From contig JBHGNT010000021.1 in assembly GCA_043228905.1 (NCBI GenBank), positions 10,664,001 through 10,728,000 on the forward strand: DNA of 64,000 nucleotides. The letters run 5' to 3'. A model generated the notes under the pieces. That model ran no database searches, had not been told where the DNA came from, and saw only the letters and a list, made by a program, of their open reading frames with translations. A program made the translations under genes and the position numbers. Of the stretch, positions 47,831 through 64,000 are shown piece after piece; within the stretch, counting starts at the first letter, position 1; every line of letters starts with the position of its first letter. This DNA is from Azolla caroliniana. Its lineage: Eukaryota; Plantae; Polypodiophyta.

Positions 47831-48907
47831 AATTCATGCAGAAAGCTCAAAATATATCTGGATTGTGCTAAGAGAGCACTCAGGTACATTAGTGGGATGA
47901 TGGATTATGACATCCCGTATAAGTCGGAAATGGTCGTTCAACTCAAAGGGTACACAAATGTAGACTAGGCCGATAGATGATCAACCTTAGGATTGGTCTT
48001 CTCCCTTGGTAGCAAAGCTATCTCGTGGAGCATCAAAAAGTGGCTAGCGGTTGCACTGTCAAGCACAGAAGCTGAATATAAAGGTGCGACTGTCACAACA
48101 TGTGAAGTCGTTTGGATTCCCCTTTATTGTGACAACATGAGAAGTATTCATCTAGCTCGGTACCCGGTATTCCACGCGCACACAAAGCATATCGAAGTGC
48201 ACTATCACTTCATCTAAGAGCACGTTCAGGATGGAGATGTCAACTTGAAGCACATTAACACGAACCTTTAGGTAGCTGACATCTTCACAAAAGCCTTAGG
48301 AGTCGACAAGTTAAGACAATTCATATCAGACCTTGGCCTAACGATAGCTGCATTGTCGAGCTTGAGGGGGGGTACAACACAATCGACGAAGCCGACGAGT
48401 ACAACGCAACAACCAAATAACAATCGACCAGTCGATCAAAGGAGTAGTCGAAGTAGCAACACAACCGACCAAGGGGAGTTGAAGCACGAAGTTGAACTTC
48501 ACAATCGAACGAGTAGACATTCTAGTTGAATAAGGTGCACAAAGTAGTCGGACAAAGGAGAACATATACCAGCGACAAGTCGAAGCCGACCTGACTGACC
48601 ATCCAAACACAAAGTCGAGGATTTCAGAAAGCCGAAAGGAACCAAGCAACAAGACGACTTTCCGACGACCGGAAGTTGTGTTTGAAGGGGCATGCTGAGA
48701 GTCAAACCCAACTTCCCCAATGTAATGGCTATCACACTAGCAATGGACACACTATGTTCAGGCTAGTTTTGTAAATAGTAGAAAGGGTAGTTGCCCTAAG
48801 TTAGTTGGTATTTCAACCAACTCTTTTGTAACCTAGTTACTATTGGATATATTTTTGGTTGTAACCATTTTTCTTGCTAATACAACTTCTTGTTCTCTGT
48901 CTCTAAG

Positions 48908-48955
<48 letters not shown>

Positions 48956-49005
48956 TTCCTTCTGCTGCACGAGATCACCTACACTCTCCATTTCTTTACA
49001 CAATA
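47830..49005 (+). mobile_element. 3' remnant of a Copia element (end of RT, RNase H, PPT, LTR from ~48693)
   Basis: Motifs SQFMQ...AKR.LRY, AISW.IKK..VALSSTEAEY, KHIEVHYHFI and ADIFTKAL. Purine tracts at ~48360 and ~48683. Confidence 0.78.
48909..48951. repeat. (CA)n microsatellite
   Basis: About 21 CA units. Confidence 0.95.
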
Positions 49006-49678
49006 TTTGAGCCACATGGTTGAATCCCACATTCTTTTGTCTTGCCATGCAACACTATTCTTTGCAGCCTTTAGTAGTTGTCACACCTAATTTGGATTGG
49101 CTTCCCCTCATTGAAGAGTCGTATCGTAGTTTCTTACAAATCCCTGAACGCGAAATGATGTTGCACATCCATAAAGTCCACGACTTTGCACTTCACTTCC
49201 ACTATTAACAACGTCATCATTAATTGTTTTATGTCGATCTATAAGATAATAACTGAGAGTTGATGGGGAAACAATAAAGGACTGCTGACTTAGAATGATT
49301 TGCATCCCCACATAGGTTGTCCAAAGTTAGTCATTGCACCTTGATAAAGTATGGTGATGTCCCGACTCTACGCCACGGCTTAGTGGACATTTGTACTCCA
49401 TTCATATCGTAGCTATAGATATAGCTATACATATTACTTACTCCTCTACTTCTTTTGGATTGGCAATGACGTTGCATTCCTTCCATTAGAGAGACAGGGT
49501 AGGCCGTGTATGTATGTATCTAGAAACTCTTCCCCGCATAACTTGGTTCTCTTATTATTATTATCCTTGCTTGCCTTTTGCTTCAGGTCTTCCATTGATT
49601 GATTGACATGAAAGGAGGGCCATCCAGATAAGCTGTAGTAGCTCTGCTCTGCTCTCTCTCTCTCTCTCTCTGAATGAG

Positions 49679-61921
<12,243 letters not shown>

Positions 61922-62805
61922 GATAGACATTTGTAATCCATTCATATCTTTTCCAATTCATTGATCTGGTCAGGCCCATTTCAATAAAGTTATGGCAGTA
62001 ACATTTTGATGTTGTGAGGCTATTAAGGACGTTTTTCATTTCATACATGAAAATATTCATGTGTGAATTGATTCAAATCTGACCTATTCTGATTTGATTT
62101 CATCAGCAAAGAAGTATTGTTGTTCCCCTTTAGGAAGAATAATGCCTTGGATTTTGGCTTATTCTAGGAAGTACGAAGAGTCAATTGGAACATTTGGTTC
62201 TTTAGGAATTTTCCATTGATCAACTTCATTTCCCAAAATTCATATTCCATTTTCTACAAGCATTAAAAAGTCTAGAAAAGTGGAAGATGGCCATAATGAG
62301 GCATTTCGTTAAACAAAGCTTTTACCTTTGTGAAGTTCCCAATAGAACCAAGTAGAATCACGATGTGCATGTAGGTTTCTAGAGTAAGAGTGAGACAATA
62401 AGCAACAAACATTTCATTGAACATTTTCTTGCCTCTTGATTTGCTTGGCTACATGTTAGTGAGTAACTCATTCAAGGTTAGTCAACCTAACTTTTCCTCG
62501 GTGTCTTATAGAGATGCAAAACTACTTTAGCGTAACTTGATCATAATCTCTAGCTTACTTGCTTCTTTCGTAGATGTACAATTTTCGTAAGCGAATGCAA
62601 CTTAACTCGTTGACCGTTATCCTTTAATGCACTTTTTGGTGAAGCATCATGCGGTCCTTATAAAACTTAGGATGTACATGCTTCATCTTCACTTTACCTT
62701 TAACTTTGGCTACTTTGTAGACCAAAGCCTAGTAGTCTACATAAGTGACCATCTTATCTATTATCATTGAAGGGTCAGTAACCTCAAGTGACAGACCATA
62801 TACGT

Positions 62806-63238
62806 TGTTGACATCCTCCTTTGTCTCGTAGAACTTCACAAAGTTCAACACCCTGGAATGGGAGGAACTAGTCCTAACATCATTATATGTTAATTAAACT
62901 AGACATGTGTAACACATCCACATATTCCCACAACATGATTCTAACCCTTATTGGCATAAAAGGTTGACTCCTTCCAAATTGTATCCTTAAGTGTGAACAC
63001 GTTCCCAAGTTAGGGCTCGAGTATATAAGCTTAATTGTAACATTGTAAAGAGAGAGAAAGTTTACAGAACAGAAATATAGTTTCCATTAGAGCTTCAATT
63101 TGTGCATCTTTCTTCTTGCACATTGTTCATATTCTGCTTCTCTATCTTGTACATGTTGTTTACTTGACTCATCATCTCGCAGGTTCTCATTATCCGTTGC
63201 CCACCACTATCATATCCCACAACAAGTGGTATCAGAGC
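62806..63238 (+). mobile_element. LTR (TGTTG...CAACA) followed by tRNA-iMet PBS
   Basis: TGGTATCAGAGC at 63227-63238, 2 nt after CAACA. The LTR start is approximate. Confidence 0.65.
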
Positions 63239-63618
63239 GACCTTGCTGTTCAATGGCAACAAATAACAGAAAGCTGAGAAATAGAAGCTATCCAGTTGAG
63301 AGAAAAGCTCGAGCTAGCAAAACCTCACTTCTAGAAGATGGCTTCTACATTTGGCACAAACGTGGAAATCTAGAAGTTTGACGGAAAGAACTTTGCCTTA
63401 TGGAAGAAGATATGTACTCATCATTCAACGTCAAATCGGGGCAATATGACACAACAACAACTCGGCCTTGATGACAACAAACTAATGGCGCTCCTTGGAT
63501 GAGATCGCAAGATCGACCATTCAGATGCACTGAGTCACTTGTAACAACGACTTTTGACCCCGTAAACACCAATCAATCCACGGTTGTTCTCTTGTCTGCA
63601 TAGGTAAGGGACCTTGCA

Positions 63619-64000
63619 TCAATGCAATATTCTGTAGTTGTTGCCAAATAAACCCATAATTAGGTGGGATGCAAATATCTTATCCCTCTTCTTCCACAAC
63701 AAATATCGAAGAGGTTGCAAAACAGAATGCAAAACCTTCTTTGTCCATGGCAACAATGACAAATAATATAATATCATGGGTTCCATAATACATTGTACAA
63801 CTTTCAAGCGTATATGAAATGGCCAAGATTGTGACTTCCAATACATGAACTTATCCCTCAACTTACTAGACATCCATTCAATCAATTGACCATTTGTAAC
63901 ATTCATTCCTAATGGATAGCCCAAGTGTCCAAAAATAGAGCCTTTCTTCACCATGGATAATTGCCATCCTAAACATTCTAAATCCCTTTTAGTACATGAT
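63619..64000 (-). pseudogene. LINE (L1-like) ORF2 C-terminal fragment
   Basis: F.HLGYPLG...KL...W.S..W.F..RL.VV resembles the post-RT YLGxPL...W....LS..GR region. Confidence 0.6.

Noticed and set aside
42945-49005. One Copia element that captured the ParB-MTase block between its LTRs
   Set aside because: The candidate LTRs (~42945-43364 and ~48693-49005) do not match each other and no TSD was found, so the two Copia halves cannot be shown to be one element.

Overview
Eukaryotic land-plant genomic DNA, probably a bryophyte (inferred from the Physcomitrium-like Gypsy gag/RT). Bases 1-49,000 are a deeply nested transposon stack. It holds Gypsy and Copia remnants, a young near-intact Copia (25679-31198), and three related non-autonomous gag-only LTR elements primed by tRNA-Trp. 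It also holds a 4.4-kb foldback/TIR element with an internal tandem array of tRNA-like (A/B box) units plus perfect hairpins, and an LTR element carrying an RTEX-like LINE and captured HSP101 and SDR gene fragments. That last element has an inverted tRNA PBS where the PPT should be. At about 45470-47830 lies an intron-containing, decayed gene for a ParB/Srx-like domain followed by a bacterial-type N6/N4 (DPPY-class) DNA methyltransferase domain, which is the most unusual item in the window. Bases 49679-61921 hold a multi-exon organellar isoleucyl-tRNA synthetase gene. All domain calls come from reading motifs by eye; no searches were run.
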